A stretch of DNA of 64,000 bases from Euglena gracilis (taxonomy: Eukaryota): the NCBI GenBank assembly GCA_039621445.1, contig CP154954.1:31520012-31584011 (forward strand), read 5' to 3'. Shown here one piece after another: positions 1 through 12,934 of the stretch (the first letter of the stretch is position 1; each line of letters opens with the position of its first letter). Position numbers and translations under genes: made by a program. The notes under the pieces were generated by a model. It was not told the DNA's origin. It did not search any database and saw only the letters and a program-made list of their open reading frames with translations.

Positions 1-231
1 ATCGTTGTGACCTGATTTCCTGGTTCCCAAAATGAATGGCCTAGGTGCAGAACAGCCACACCGCGCGACACCCTGCACAGCAGCGCACAGGCATCCATCA
101 CCATGACCAGGCCTCGGGCTCGACGCAGTGAGGAATCAAACAAACGTTCAACGTTATTATTTTTTCTGGGAGTGAAGGTTTTCTGCAGTGGATTAGCTTC
201 GCACGCCATTTTCTGCGGCGTCCGCACACCG

Positions 232-330
232 GAGATGTAGAGGGTGGGAGGCTTCTCCCCGAGGCGTTCCCGCTCTTGCACCAGGTGGCCGGGTGAGCGG
301 CGGCCGGAAAGGGTTGCCGGGGCCAAGTTT
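232..330 (-). CDS. Probable exon of the RRM/DGSF-motif gene; frame and boundaries unresolved
   Basis: GC-rich island. Its upstream flank (CCTCCCACCGGG) pairs with CCCGGCGGGGAGG after the 1406 exon. Two plausible readings: ...HLVQERERLGEKPPTLYIS followed by G|GT, or KLGPGNPFRPPLTRPP. Confidence 0.45.
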
Positions 331-424
331 CCGCCCGGTGGGAGGACAGCGGCAGGCCCCGCGAATAAAAAGCTCATGGGTGTCCCCTTGCCTTCTCCAT
401 TCAGCTGTTCCTTTTGCTCATGAG

Positions 425-750
425 GCTGGAAAATTGGGTTGGTGGAAAAGGATGCTGGCTGACCTCCCCCAGAAGGGTCCTTTGGCTGGAACTGGGCCCA
501 AACTGGGGGTCAAACCGGGTACCAAAAAAAATGAAAAATGCGAAAAAAAAATCCAAATAAAAAGCCAATTATACAGAAGTACCGTTTTCCGACCCATTAT
601 TGCCCATTTTCGGGCGGTTTTTGTTTGCAGCTCCGAAGTCAAAAAGGCTTCTAACGGCTGAAAATTAAATAAACTCGTCGATGAGGGAGGAGGGGTTCGG
701 AAGTACAGTTGCAGTGACGGCATCCCACCCCCCACTGGAGTCTATTGAGG
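425..750. repeat. Dispersed repeat family (GGCTGGAAAA / CTGCTGGCTG / AAACTCGT(C/T)GATG motifs)
   Basis: Related segments at ~1000-1080, ~31300-31620, ~32290-32480, ~40450-40860, ~50030-50150. Confidence 0.6.
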
Positions 751-1315
751 AGGGATTTTTGGTCGGCTTGGCTGGTTGGTTTGGTTGGCTTGAATGGTCG
801 GATTATTCAATGGTTTCTTAATGGATTAGCTCGTTAACCGCTGGTCAGCCCTGGTTGGCCCTGGTCAGCCCTGGTCGGCCATGGTCGGCAAATAGTCTAC
901 CATAGGTGGGGGCAACCCAGCAAACCAGATTTCTTTGTTGTACAGCGGGGGGGTATACTAACCTGCAGCCTCAAACCCTATGGGCTGTGGTGTCTGGAAA
1001 AAGCTGCTGGCTGGCTGGCATGGTGTCCAACTTGGAACGACGCCCTGATTAAAATACAGGAGGAAGAAGAAGGTTTCTGATTTCAAAATGGCCAAAATGG
1101 AGAAAACCCAGTGGCGAAGGGGGAATATAGGCAATGGAAAACACATCAAACTTTTTTGCAATTTTTTTTGAGCAATAGCTCTTCTGTGAAGAAAATATGA
1201 AGATTGATTCATTCATTGTCAAGAAGGAAGGCGCAAACAGCGAGCTCGCGCCTGTTGCCCACACCCCGTCCCCACAACCCCTTCCCCCCTCTCCCCTGGC
1301 CTCCCTCCCCGCCGG

Positions 1316-1406
1316 GCCACGGCGGGGGCTTGGGCGCGGCGGCCAGTGCAGGGTCCTGCACCTGGCCGAGGTGGTCCCAGCCGGAGGGGCGGTGGGCCGC
1401 CCCGCC
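1316..1406 (-). CDS. Exon of the RRM/DGSF-motif gene (GGAAHRPSGWDHLGQVQDPALAAAPKPPPW)
   Basis: Acceptor ttgcctgcag| at 1407, phase 0, matches the upstream GAG|GTGTGC donor. 3' end approximate. Confidence 0.6.
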
Positions 1407-1674
1407 CTGCAGGCAACAGGGATGGTGGGGGGGGGGGACGAGCAGCAGGGTGTGACAGAAGGGCAGGTGGGGGAAGGGGGGGCTGAACGGAGCAGTGGCA
1501 TGACCAAATTCGGCCGGCGGAAGCGGCGTGGCTGCCGACAGTGTCGGAAAGCGGCACACTCCCCCCACAGAACGGCCGACAGGCACAGAGCAAAACCGTC
1601 AAAACCCTGAAACCCCCCCTGTGACCCCCTCTGAAGAGGACAGCAGCCACGGGGGGGGGGGGGGGGGGGCACAC

Positions 1675-1781
1675 CTCTGCGCCCAACTCCCGCTCCCGCT
1701 GCAGCTCCAGCTCCTTCAGCCGCTCCTTGTCCGCCAGCTTCTGCCGCAGGTTGGCCGCGATGCGCTCCAAGGCGTTGGCCC
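1675..1781 (-). CDS. Exon, coiled-coil-like (ANALERIAANLRQKLADKERLKELELQRERELGAE)
   Basis: Strong GC3 codon bias; GT donor at 1674; preceded by nonconventional intron end CGGCGCTG-CGGCC|. Confidence 0.8.
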
Positions 1782-2177
1782 GGCCGCAGCGCCGTGGGGG
1801 TGGGGGGGGGGGGGGACACACAAAAAATGGTCCAAGAAAATGGCCATGTTTCTGGCATGCTTGAACCTTCGCCCATCCACCTAAACCATCGAAATGTGTT
1901 TCTCGCTTTTTCAATTTCGACCCGGGCGACACTCGAGCCGACCGTTTGCCGGCCTTTCGGCCCAAGGGCGGCCCTTGAAGGTGTCCCTCAAAAAAAAAAT
2001 CGTCCCTTATGGACCGCCATGGAAGGGGGACAACAGCAGGGCGGGGGGGGGGGGGACGGCGCCGTAAAACAGTGCAAAGTCGCACATACAATACAGGCTC
2101 CTTCAAATTCCGCGGTGCGTGCAAGGGAGTGTGGGCGGGGAAGGCCTGAGCCCGCCACGGAGCACGCGGCGCTGGCC
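1782..2177 (-). other. Nonconventional paired-end intron, 396 nt
   Basis: 5' GGC-CAGCGCCG pairs perfectly (8 bp) with 3' CGGCGCTG-CGGCC. The G|GG junction keeps frame. No AG near the exon. Confidence 0.7.
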
Positions 2178-2256
2178 CAGGGGGGCCGGCAGCCCCTGGC
2201 GCTGGGGGCGGGGGCGGCGGCGGCGGCGGCGGCTCTTCGAGGCCGAGACCTTGCAG
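2178..2256 (-). CDS. Exon, proline-rich (LQGLGLEEPPPPPPPPPPAPGAAGPP)
   Basis: Acceptor ttcccacag| at 2257, phase 0, continuing ...GIDV from the 8699 exon. Confidence 0.65.
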
Positions 2257-2350
2257 CTGTGGGAACGTGGAGGGTCTTCTGGCAGGGGATGGCAAGGTTT
2301 GTCCCAGTTGGGTGAAGCATGCAACAGAGGCAGCGGGGGGGGGGGCATGC

Positions 2351-2684
2351 AGGGGGGGATATGCAACAACGGCAAAAAAAAAAAGCAAGCAGTTGCATGC
2401 AAAAACGTTTAGAGCCCTCTGGGGCTGTACACCATTTTTCTGGAAAGGACTTTTTTTTGCAAGTTTGCGAAAAAACCCAAAAGACCAAAACCCCCCAAAA
2501 AAACATAAGCAAATAATGTTGTAAAATGAAAAATTTTCCTCAGAGGAGCAACTGCTATTATATAAATTGGTCCAAAAATGTGTAGTATGTAACTCCCAGT
2601 TGTCTGCCAATACAACAATGTGACTTTTCGCAAAATCTTCATTGTGTGGACAAATGCGAATCATGCAACTTGCATATCCCCCAT
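2351..2684. mobile_element. MITE-like element (G-run-ATATGCAA ... TTGCATAT-C-run); family also at ~7501-7917, ~38403-38875, ~55945-56430
   Basis: Terminal inverted repeats plus shared internal motifs (GCTGTACAC, AAATTGGTCCAAAAA, TGCAAAAAAAATGC). Confidence 0.65.
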
Positions 2685-2858
2685 GCAAACTTCTTCTTTC
2701 AGGATTGAACATGATGAGGTGCAGTTCTCTGCACAAAATAAGGGATTCCACCGATTTTTGTGTGGGTATTACCTTGAAAATTCCCCACACCAAACTTGTG
2801 AGTAATTGTAACATGTGGCTTCAACCAAGCACCTCTGGTCAGCCATGCCCTTGGGCCT

Positions 2859-4310
2859 AGCATCGCCCAGCATCGCCCAGCATCGCCCAGCATCGCCCAG
2901 CATCGCCCAGCATCGCCCAGCATCGCCTTTGGAGCCCTTGAAGGTGTACCTATAATGCCTGCTGCTTTTGCCGCTCTAGCCCACTTTTGGTTACTTTTGG
3001 CCATCTTTGGTTGCTTTTTGACCACTATGGCCACTTTTGACTGCTTCTTGACCACTTTTGCTGCTTTTTGCCCACCTTTGCCCATTTCCAACCACCTTTG
3101 CAGCTTTTTGATCACTTTTGCTGCTTTTTGACCACTTTTGGCCCCTTTTGCCTGCTTTTTGACCACTTTTGACAACTTTTGTTGCTTTTCGACCACTTTT
3201 GCTCACGTTTGCTACTTTTTGCCCACTTTTGGCCATTGTTGCTGCTTTTTGATCACTTTCACTTTTTTTTGCCCACTTTTGCTGCTTTTTGACCACTTTT
3301 GCCTACTTTTGCCCACTTTTTTACCACTTTTGCTGCTTTCTGACCACTTTTACCCCACTTTTGCCTGCTTTTTGACCACTTTTGACCACTTTTACTGCTT
3401 TTTGCTGGAGGATGTGGTGCAGGCCTGTGAGATGGCAACATCGAGTGCAAGTTGCAAGCCTCTTGCCGGTCAGACAAACAAAGTCCAAAACAGTTCTGTG
3501 CTGGAGGGTGGAGGGTGGCACCCCATCTTGTCCATCTGCATCTGGTCCAGTATCTGCATCTTGTCTAGCATCTGCATCTTGTCCACCATCTGCTTCTTGT
3601 CCAGCAGCTGCATCTTGTCCACCATCTGCATGTTGTCCAGTGTCTGCATCCAGTTCATCTTGTCCAACATCGGCATCTTGTCCAGTATCTGCATCTTGTC
3701 TAGCATCTGCATCTTGTCCAGCATCTGCTTCTTGTCCAGCAACTGCATCTTGTCCACCATCTGCATGTTGTCCAGTGTCTGCATCTTGTCCATCATCTGT
3801 CCAGTATTCATCCATTGGCTCCTGACCAAGAAATAACCACAAAAGCCCCAAAAATGGCCACAAAAAGCCCAAAATTGACCACAAAAAGCCCCAAAAAGCA
3901 ACCAAAATAACCAAAAATCGCCCAAAAACACCAACAATGTCCACAAAAGATTGTGAAAAATGACCCAAATTCACCAAAAAGGCGCAAAATGGCCAAAAAT
4001 GCCATAAAATCTGCTCAAAAAGACCCCAATTAGCCCAATATTTGCCAAATCAGTGATAAATAGCCCCCAAATTAGCAAAAATTGACCCATTGTGGCCAAA
4101 ATGGGTGTCAAACTGGCGCTTTGTGGGAAAATTATCCCAAAAATAGTTCAATTCTCCAAAATATACAAAAAAAATTCAGCATCGCCCAGCATCGCCCAGC
4201 ATTGCCCTGCATCGCCCAGCATCGGAACCCCACCTCTGGTCTCCAAAAATCCAGCATCGCCCAGCATCGCCCAGCATCGCCCTGCATCGCCCAGCATCGC
4301 CCAGCATCAT
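2859..4310. repeat. Composite repeat: (CATCGCCCAG)n blocks at 2859-2927 and 4178-4306 around CCACTTTT-type repeats and an 18-nt minisatellite (~3530-3810)
   Basis: Tandem units directly visible; 18-mer consensus TCCAGCATCTGCATCTTG. Confidence 0.85.
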
Positions 4311-4511
4311 CAGAGGTGTTTGGCTTCAACTTCTGATGCCATTGGGTCGAATTGCAGGCCACCCTGTGTGGTCTGTAAATCAAAAAAATCAACCATACAC
4401 AATCAGGAGGCACCACCAGTCAATACCATCACCACATTCTTCAACCGGGGAGGTCTTCATAACATTCTGTCCGCTAACAAAACATCATTTGAAATACAAC
4501 CCTTCGCAGCT

Positions 4512-4537
4512 GGGTTAGGGTTAGGGTTAGGGTTAGG
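4512..4537 (+). repeat. Short interstitial telomeric repeat, about four TTAGGG units
   Basis: gggttagggttagggttagggttagg. Confidence 0.8.
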
Positions 4538-5872
4538 CCGAAGTTAGGGAGTTAGGCTGAAATCAGGCCTAATTCTGGCCTAAAATTGTCCTAATTTTTA
4601 GCATAAATTCAGGCCAAAAGGCCCAAATCTTAACCCTGATCGTATTTCTAAACCCTGACCCTTACCCAATCCCTTTCAATTAACCCAAATCGTGACTGGG
4701 CCAAGGGTAGGCCCTCCAAAAAATTTTCACGTGATTGTCGTCACCCACTCATTCTTCTCTGAATGGGACTGCTATCCAGGCTTTTTTTACCAACCCCCGG
4801 CAGGGGGGGTGTCTTGTGCTGGGGGTGCCTGCCCATAGCAGGCACACCCACTCAGGGGGGGGGGGTCGGTTCTGGACCCACTGCCTGCCGATCCAGCCCC
4901 AAAACCCAACCCAACCCCGGGGGTCGAAAGTGCCCAACCCCCCTGTCTGCCCATAGAACCCAGCAACCCCGGGGGGGGGGGGTGCGGGCTTCCTTAAAAA
5001 GAAGCCTGCTGCTGGCAGAGTACGGGGGGTCCACTAAGAATTCACTGGCCGATTGTGGACTGACACCGGTGCATTGGGGGTTATCGGTGGTTGAGGTGGT
5101 GACAACGTTGTCGGTTCAGGTTTGTCTGTTTCCATGGTATACTCCCCTGAGGTTCTGCTGTTGTATACTCATCATATGGCTCTTCGGCCATTTCGTCTGT
5201 ACGGTATTCAGTATATGGCTCTTCGGCCTTCACAAACATATTGTGAGCGCATACCAATCTCCCAGTCTCGGGAAGGTGGCATGCGTGGTGGTGAAGTAAA
5301 AGGTCGCCCATCTCACTTTGTGTGAGTTCCGGGGTGCAGCAACACATCTGTTCCGCGAAAGCACCCACAGGGTGCACCCTGCGAAAGCACCCACAGGGTG
5401 CACCCCGCGGAGCACAGGGAGGACCAGGACTCCCAGGTCCCTGAGGGTCAGGTTTTCCGGAAAACCAGATTCTCCGGATTGAAGAAAATTCTACCTGCTG
5501 TCGTGCTCTGGGACCACATGTCCCAGATTGCGATAGGTTTGTTGGCGATGGCCAGCAATTGTCGACAATACAAATCCAACATCACTTGGATGAAAGGATC
5601 CGGTCTGCTGCCTGCACTCATGCACAGAGCATTCCGAATTGTATCTGTCGAGGCAGCCATCAGTTCACCCATGTATTTGAGGAACCGTGGAATCGGTAAG
5701 TTGGCATACTGCCTTTGAGGTTCTGTTTGTGTGTTATGCTACCCTTGTGGTTGTGGTTGTGTGGCATTGTAGTTGTCAACTGCCCTTGTAGTTGTTGTAG
5801 TAGTTCTCTCAGGGTGGCATACTGCCCTTGTGATGCCGCAAAAGCGGTACGGCTATTGGCTGCCATATCAAA

Positions 5873-6321
5873 GTGTCTCGGGGGCCAGGCGTTATACATA
5901 CATACATACATACATACATACATACATACATACATACATACATACATACATACATACATACATACATACATACATACATACATACATACATACATACATA
6001 CATACATACATACATACATACATACATACATACATACATACATACATACATACATACATACATACATACATACATACATACATTACATACAGTACATACA
6101 TACATACATACATACATACATACATACATACATACATACATACATACATACATACATACATACATACATACATACATACATACATACATACATACATACA
6201 TACATACATACATACATACATACATACATACATACATACATACATACATGCATACATACATACATACATACATATATAATATATATATATATATATGTAT
6301 AACGCCTGGCCCCCGAGACAC
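5873..6321. repeat. (TACA)n microsatellite bracketed by a perfect 28-bp inverted repeat
   Basis: gtgtctcgggggccaggcgttatacata (5873-5900) and its reverse complement (6294-6321). Confidence 0.9.
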
Positions 6322-6339
6322 ACACACACACACACACAC

Positions 6340-6377
<38 letters not shown>

Positions 6378-6769
6378 TCATCTGTGCCATACCCTTTCCA
6401 CCGCACTTTCCAGTGTGTGTGTGTGTGTGTCCTCATCTGTGCCATACCCTTTCCACCGCACTTTCCAGTAATGCACAACGCTGTCTACTTTGTGGTCAAG
6501 AATTTGTCAACGACAAAATCATCCGTTTCAAGCAATCTTGACCGCAGTTATTGTGTGTGAGCCTGCAGCAGGGTCTGTTTTGAACTGTTCTTGCTGAAAC
6601 TTTTCTCACCAAAGAAATAAAGCAAAGCATTAAGCATATGCAAACCAATGGTTTTGCACAATTTTAATTTTTTTTGCAAAATGCAATGAGAAAATATTTG
6701 GAGAAAAAGGGTTTAAAATGAATGCCTCTACATGTTATCTGGCACATCCATGCACATTTGGCCAGACGG

Positions 6770-6990
6770 GAGCAGTTCAGGGCGAGGGTGAAGAGCAATC
6801 TCTGCACCTACTATAACCCGGGTGACCGCGTGGGGGTTCAGAATAATAGAACCCGCATGCAATCCACGAAGTTGGAACCCCTTTGTGTGGGACACTGTGA
6901 AATCCTCGACTGGTTGGGTAGTAGTGGGCGCAATAATAAAATCGCTCTACCCAACGGCGTCAAAAAGATGTGCACATGGATGACTGCAAA
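6770..6990 (+). mobile_element. Degenerate Ty3/Gypsy integrase C-terminal (GPY/F module) relic
   Basis: YNPGDRVGV...KLEPLCVGHCEIL resembles GDxV...KLxPxWxGPxxI. Confidence 0.6.
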
Positions 6991-8698
6991 CCATGCCTTT
7001 CCCCACCGAACGGTAAAGCGATATCCTGCCTCTACTGGGGAGGTATTGATCGCCATTTGGCATATATGCAAAATCTGTTGCCTGAGGTATCCGTTCCCAG
7101 TCCATGCGTTCAAATACAGGAACCAGCAGGGTTTTTTCTCTGACTACTCGTATCGCTGTCGGTTCCGACCTAGCTGCAGTCCAACCCCCCCCCCCCGGGC
7201 AGCTGCATATCTTTTAGCAGAGGTCTGGTGAATGCTGCAATACTCGGCAGTGAAACCAACGTGGCTCACTGTCACTGTTACAAAACAACTGCAGACTTTC
7301 ACAGCCCTTCACACAATTGTTTGATTTTCTGAGTGTTGACTTGTGCAACTATACAAACTTGTTGCAGTGAGCGTGAAAGGGTTGTGGCGTCCCCTCATCC
7401 AAAGGGGGGATGTGGTTTGGTGGTATGTTCCCCGTTTCCCCTCTTCGGTGCTCTTATCCTAACTTCGTCATGCAGCACTGTTGGGCCTGGACATCCATCC
7501 GGGGGGGGGGGGGTGCAACAAGGCTCTTCAAAATATGAAAGTGCAATAATAATAAAAATCCAAAAAGGTGCAACAAAATGCAACAAAATGCAAAAAAAAA
7601 TGCAAATCCAGGGCTGTACACTTTTCAACTGGAGAGGACTCAGAAAATTTTCACCTCCTCCAAAAATGCAACACGAAAGGAAAATGTGGGTGCAAACTGC
7701 TAAGTCATATGGTGGTTCACCTTGCTGCTGATGTGAATTCGGTCCAGAAACAGCATGCAACTTCCAGTTGTCTGCTAGTGGATTGCCTGTTTTGCTTCTG
7801 CAAATGCCCGAAAAATCGGAAAAGCAAAGTATGCAAAAAAATGCAAAAAAATGCGACTTTTAAATATTTTCATTATGCAAAAAAATGCAAATTATGCAAA
7901 TTCAATTCCCCCCCCCTGACCATCCCAAAAAAAGCCAAATGAACTATTTTGTGCCAATCAAAACAGACCGATTGCTTTGTTAAGCAGTTACTGTCATTAT
8001 CCTATTTTCTTTGGTTCTTCGCTCATTTCCTCAACTTGCAGCAAAAAACCTCTGGCAGTTTTTAAACAATAACCTGGCACGTAAAATCACGCAAAATTAC
8101 GTACGACCTTGCAAATTAATTTTTTCCATGTAAAAGTCATGTGGACAAAAAAGTAAAATTTGTTCAAGTAATTCTTCCAGTAAAATCAAACTAAATTCTG
8201 CAAAATCACACCAAAACCACATTGAATCACACACATTGTCATATGCCTCCTCTGTTGTCAAGTTTTTTTTTAAAGCAATACATTGCTTAAGGTTGGGGTC
8301 ACGTTCTCAGTGTATACACCGTGCCCATACCAACCAACCCACCCACACTCCCTCTTGACGGAAATGCAACTAAGGATTAAAACACATCACCGACGTGCAA
8401 CGTTTCCAATGCAAAGCTTAGGAGCTGTGTGTTCAAATCAAATTCAAAGCAGGGCTGTTGAATTACCAAACATGTATAGAATTCTTTTTGAGATTTGTTC
8501 CCAGATATATTCTTTTCAGTGCATTTTTTTTCAGGGCAAATAAATCCGTGGACAAATTTAACACAGAAAAGTTGAGTTCGTCATTTCCAAAAATGATCCA
8601 AATTGAAACGGCCACAGGTTCAAGGTTGGACCTGGCGCACTGTTTCAAATGGCCACTTTCTTAAATGAGTCCTCGGTGGTGCGCGACCCCCGTCACAC

Positions 8699-8821
8699 CA
8701 CATCGATGCCTGGGGCCCCATCGTCCTTCTTCAGTTTCCCCGCGGCCTTCTTGGGCTGCAGCTGGCCCTGCAGGAACCGCTCCATGAAGCTGCCGTCCGT
8801 CGGGACCACTGCCTTCCCGGC
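8699..8821 (-). CDS. Exon with DGSFMERF motif (AGKAVVPTDGSFMERFLQGQLQPKKAAGKLKKDDGAPGIDV)
   Basis: cccgctcag| acceptor (alternative in-frame ctgcag| near 8906); GTG|GTGTGA donor; GC3-rich codons. Confidence 0.7.
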
Positions 8822-9716
8822 CTGAGCGGGGGTGGCAGCAACGCGGCGCCGAGAACGGTGGTGTGGCCCCGGCACCGTCCGGAGGACCCCCGGCCAATGT
8901 GAGGGCTGCAGTGGGGAAAACGGGGCGTTCTTTTCGAATCAATTAAAGGAGGCCTGTTAGAAGAAGAAAGATCCCCAATGCCATTCCGCAAAAAAAAAAT
9001 GCATCCTTGCAAGTGAGCAGGGTTTCCATGTTTCGTGGCAGGGACCACGGTTTCACATTCATGCTCACGCGGGATTATTCGGGATCATTCGTTGGGCCAA
9101 TAACCTGCCATTTTGTGCTAAACGATGGAGTGATGAGATTGAGTCCACACAGAAGCATTGGAAATGCGCAGAATTCAAAAATTGCAGGTATTCACCATCA
9201 TTCGTTGTGGATTCCATTGTCCAAACAAACACCTCCTTGACTTGAAATGAGAGGCATCACAGAAGCAGGAAGAAAATGGCAAGGAAGCTGTGTTTGCTCA
9301 ACAAGGAAGCGGCACTCAACATCATCGTTCCAAAACAGAAGGATAATGGTCTGTTGGAATGCCAAGATGAATAAATTTCCATCTGATGCAGTCTTTGGGG
9401 ATGGGATAGCTGGTACAGAGGATCACCAGATTTGTGAAAATATCACCCATTTGCAGAAACACTGTTTTCTGAAGGGGGGGAAAAAGGAAGATTTTAAAGG
9501 GAAAAATAATAAAAATAATAAATTTTCATTTGTGGTTATTTGTGATATTCATGATCATTTGTGATCATCAAAAAGCTGATGTTTATGATGATTTGTGATT
9601 ACTTGTGATTACTTGCGGCACAAATCCGAGGGAATGCCTGAATTCACAGAGGCAGCATTGCCACGAGGAGGGGGGGGGATTCCAAATGGCAAGGTACCTC
9701 AGCAGCCACCTACCCG

Positions 9717-9974
9717 CCCCCCCCCCTTGTCGTACGACCGGGTTCCTGCAACCTGTGACCGGGGGGGGGGGGGGTCGTAACACCCCCATAACCTGCCACC
9801 TGTGACCGGGGGGTGGTCGTAAATGCGGGGGCGGTCGTAGGTAAGGTGGTGTTAAATTTTCGCAACCTGCAACCTGTGACCGGGGGGGGGGGGTCATAAC
9901 ACCCCATGACCTGCAACCTGTGACCGGGGGGTGGTCGTAAATGAGGGGTGGTCGTACGCCAAGGGGGGGGGGGG
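9717..9974. mobile_element. MITE-like element (C-run-TTGTCGTACGACC ... GGTCGTACGCCAA-G-run)
   Basis: TIRs and internal CAACCTGTGACCGGGG repeats. Confidence 0.7.
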
Positions 9975-10321
9975 TAATGTTGAGGGCATGAAGGACGGCG
10001 GTAGTTCCAAGTTGTGGTGCTATCCAGGGGGGGGGGGACACCCACCAGGTGAGGTCCCGGGGGGATCTGCTTTCAAGGTCAAATCGGGACCAAAAGAAGA
10101 AAATGTCCCAAAAAAGGCCAACGCTGAACAAACCAACAGAAACATGGGCGCAGAATTGTGGGAAGTCGCCCAAAATGGCCAGGAAAACAACTGACCAAAT
10201 TATGCAGGAATGAGCAATATGTGCATTTTCAGAGGCCCTGGGACGATGGAGTCGGGGCGATGGCCCGGAAATCCAGCACTGCAAACAGAGCAAACAGTGC
10301 CAGGGGGAGGGGGCTGCACAC

Positions 10322-10443
10322 CCCAGAGGGGGAGACGGTGGGGGCGAGGTTGGTAAGGGCCCGGGAGATCTGCAGCTGGCGGCCCCCGACCTCGACCCCG
10401 TTCATGCGCAGGGCCTCCTCGAAGGCCGCCGTGGTGCTGAATT
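10322..10443 (-). CDS. RRM domain, second exon (EFSTTAAFEEALRMNGVEVGGRQLQISRA...)
   Basis: ccctcag| acceptor, G|AA = Glu in phase with the upstream donor; typical RRM alpha2/beta4 pattern. 3' end uncertain (frame stays open to a stop at 10229). Confidence 0.8.
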
Positions 10444-10707
10444 CTGAGGGAGGGGCGGGTAATGGTTGAGGGGAGGCAAACAAGCAAACTTGGGGGAAAG
10501 AGGAAAGAAAAAAGTGCCAATGAGGGGGGGGAGATCCGCAAAAAAAAACAGCAAACAAATCCCAATCCCAACACCCAAATGAAAAAAGGGTTATTTTCAA
10601 ACGTTTCATTGCCCTGTTGCTACTTGGCTTTCCAGGTTACTCCCTCGGTGTTGGTGTGTCCCAGATGTCATGGCATGTCCCATATCACAGGTGTCAAGGG
10701 GGCTCAC

Positions 10708-10876
10708 CAATGGAGGCCTTGCGAGGGGACGCGGTGGCAACGAAGTCCATCCGGCGGATGGGGCCGCAGCGCGAGAAGAAACCCCGCAGCCGCTCCTCCA
10801 CCACGGAATCATCGACGTTTGTGATGGACACCGTCCGGATCACGGACATCTCGGGCGGGCCATTGTGCGGGCTACC
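10708..10876 (-). CDS. RRM domain, first exon (MSVIRTVSITNVDDSVVEERLRGFFSRCGPIRRMDF...; ATG at 10849)
   Basis: RNP2-like TVSITNV and LxxxFxxCGPI pattern; tctctgccag| acceptor; ATTG|GTGAGC donor. Confidence 0.8.
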
Positions 10877-12434
10877 CTGGCAGAGAACGGAACAGAATGA
10901 AAGCACAAATGAAAATGAACAACAATGTTAGAGGATGGAAGCGGCTGCGACAGAACCAGTGCTTGTTAGACTTGTTGACTCCAGAAAAGCGTATATGCTG
11001 CGAGCGTTTGGCTGCCATCTTTATTTTTTTTTAAAAGAATCCACTTTGACCATCAAAGGCCAAACAAGTTATACAAATACATTTTTGGGCAATCACATTA
11101 CCAAAAACCCATTAGTTGCAAGGACCAGGAGGGTGGGGGGTATTCAGCAAAAATATAGTAGGAGCCAATGAGTGGTGTGGTCAGATGAGGGGAGGAGAAA
11201 ACAACATGACAAAACAAAACAGCCCACTTCTTACACAAAATGAATTCTTTCAGCTGATTTGTACGTTGTTCAATTTGAAATCACAGTGATATGAAGAGCA
11301 AAAATATCTCATTTCAGTCTGATGGATGTGTGTTGTCAGTCCGGTACACGGGCTTTTTCGATGCATTGTCAGATTGGTGTGCATTTTCAGGTCGGTGGAT
11401 GTGTGTTTTCAGGTGGGTGGATGTGTGTTTTCAGTAGTGCACGTTCGTTTTCAGTCCAGTGCGTGTGTGTGTTCAGGCCGGTGGATGTCTCAATATGCAC
11501 ATCCACCAGGCTGAAAATGGACATCCACCTGGCAACGCCCCCCCCAAAAAAAACAGTCTGAAGAATCACACCAAAGAACTTGAAACACATATCCACCCCA
11601 AAAATACACATTCATCGGCGTAAAAACGCACATCCACCAGCCTGAAAACGCACATCCATTGGACTGAAAAGCACACCCACCAGCCTGAAAACGCAAGTGT
11701 GTCAGAAAGCACACCCACCCGCCTGATACTTGTCCATCACAGACCTGAAAACGCAGACTGAAAACACACATCCAACAGAATTGAAACACACATCTACCCA
11801 ACGGAAAATGCACATCCACCGGACTGATATCGCACATTCACCAGACTGAAATTTCACATCCACCACCCTGAATACGCACAAGCACCGGCCTTGAATTCAC
11901 ACATCCACCGGACTGAAAACGCAAATCCACCAGCATGAAAACACAATCCGCTGGACTGGAAATGCACACATCAACTTGACTGGAAACACATATCCACCGA
12001 CCCGATCACAGGCATTCACCTATCTGAAGAAAACACATTTGGCACAGGAAACACACATCCACCGGCCTGAAAATGCAGCCAGAAACGCAGATGCATCAGA
12101 CTGGCAACATGGGAGGGGGGGGTAAAAAATCCTTTGTTTTAACCCCGATTTCTCCCCAAGAAGAAGAAAATTGTATTTTTTGTCTTTTTTTGTGTGTTTT
12201 TGGTCAGCAAGACGCCTATTTTTGTGAAGAACGGAAATTTTTTTCAGTTCTCTCCAGTGGAAAAGTGAACATCCTGGGGGACCTCCCGAAGGATTTTACA
12301 TGCAATTTGTGTGTTTTTGCGTTTATTTGCTTTTTTTGCGTCGCGTTCTTTTGAGGGTCCATATTGCGTCCCCCCCTGCTGGCATTTTCAACGCTCATCC
12401 AACGGATGGAATATGCACATCCACCGGACTGATA

Positions 12435-12488
<54 letters not shown>

Positions 12489-12934
12489 AGACTGACCACT
12501 CATTTAAAACACTCGTCCACCGGACTGAAAGCACACATCCACCGACCCGAAAATGTACATCCACCGTACTGGAAACACACATCCACTAGTGTGAAAAAAA
12601 GCATTCACTTGAAAACGCACGTCCCCCGGACTGAAAATGTGCATCCACCAACCAGAAAACACATACGCACTAGAATGACCATTCGTTTAAAACACTCACC
12701 CACTCACCTGAAAACACACATCCACTGGACTGGAAACACACATCTGTTGGCCTGACAATGCACATCCACCGTACCGAAAGTGCACATCCACGGGCTGAGA
12801 ACACACATTTTCCAGACTGAAAATGCACATACACCGGCCTGAAAATCAACAACGCAGAATCACCGTACTGAAAACGCACATCCACTGCACTGAAAACGAA
12901 CGTGCACTGGACTGAAAGATGTGAATGTTAACTT

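Noticed and set aside
232-290. Start of a second RRM (PTLYISG)
   Set aside because: The frame of this exon cannot be fixed; an alternative frame is equally plausible.
1219-2814. 531-aa minus-strand ORF as a single CDS
   Set aside because: It reads through a MITE, homopolymer runs and introns; only two short exons within it are in this frame.
3138-3977. ORFs with LDKMQM or GQDADA hexapeptide repeats
   Set aside because: An 18-nt minisatellite open in several frames, inside the 6.4-kb intron 2257-8698.
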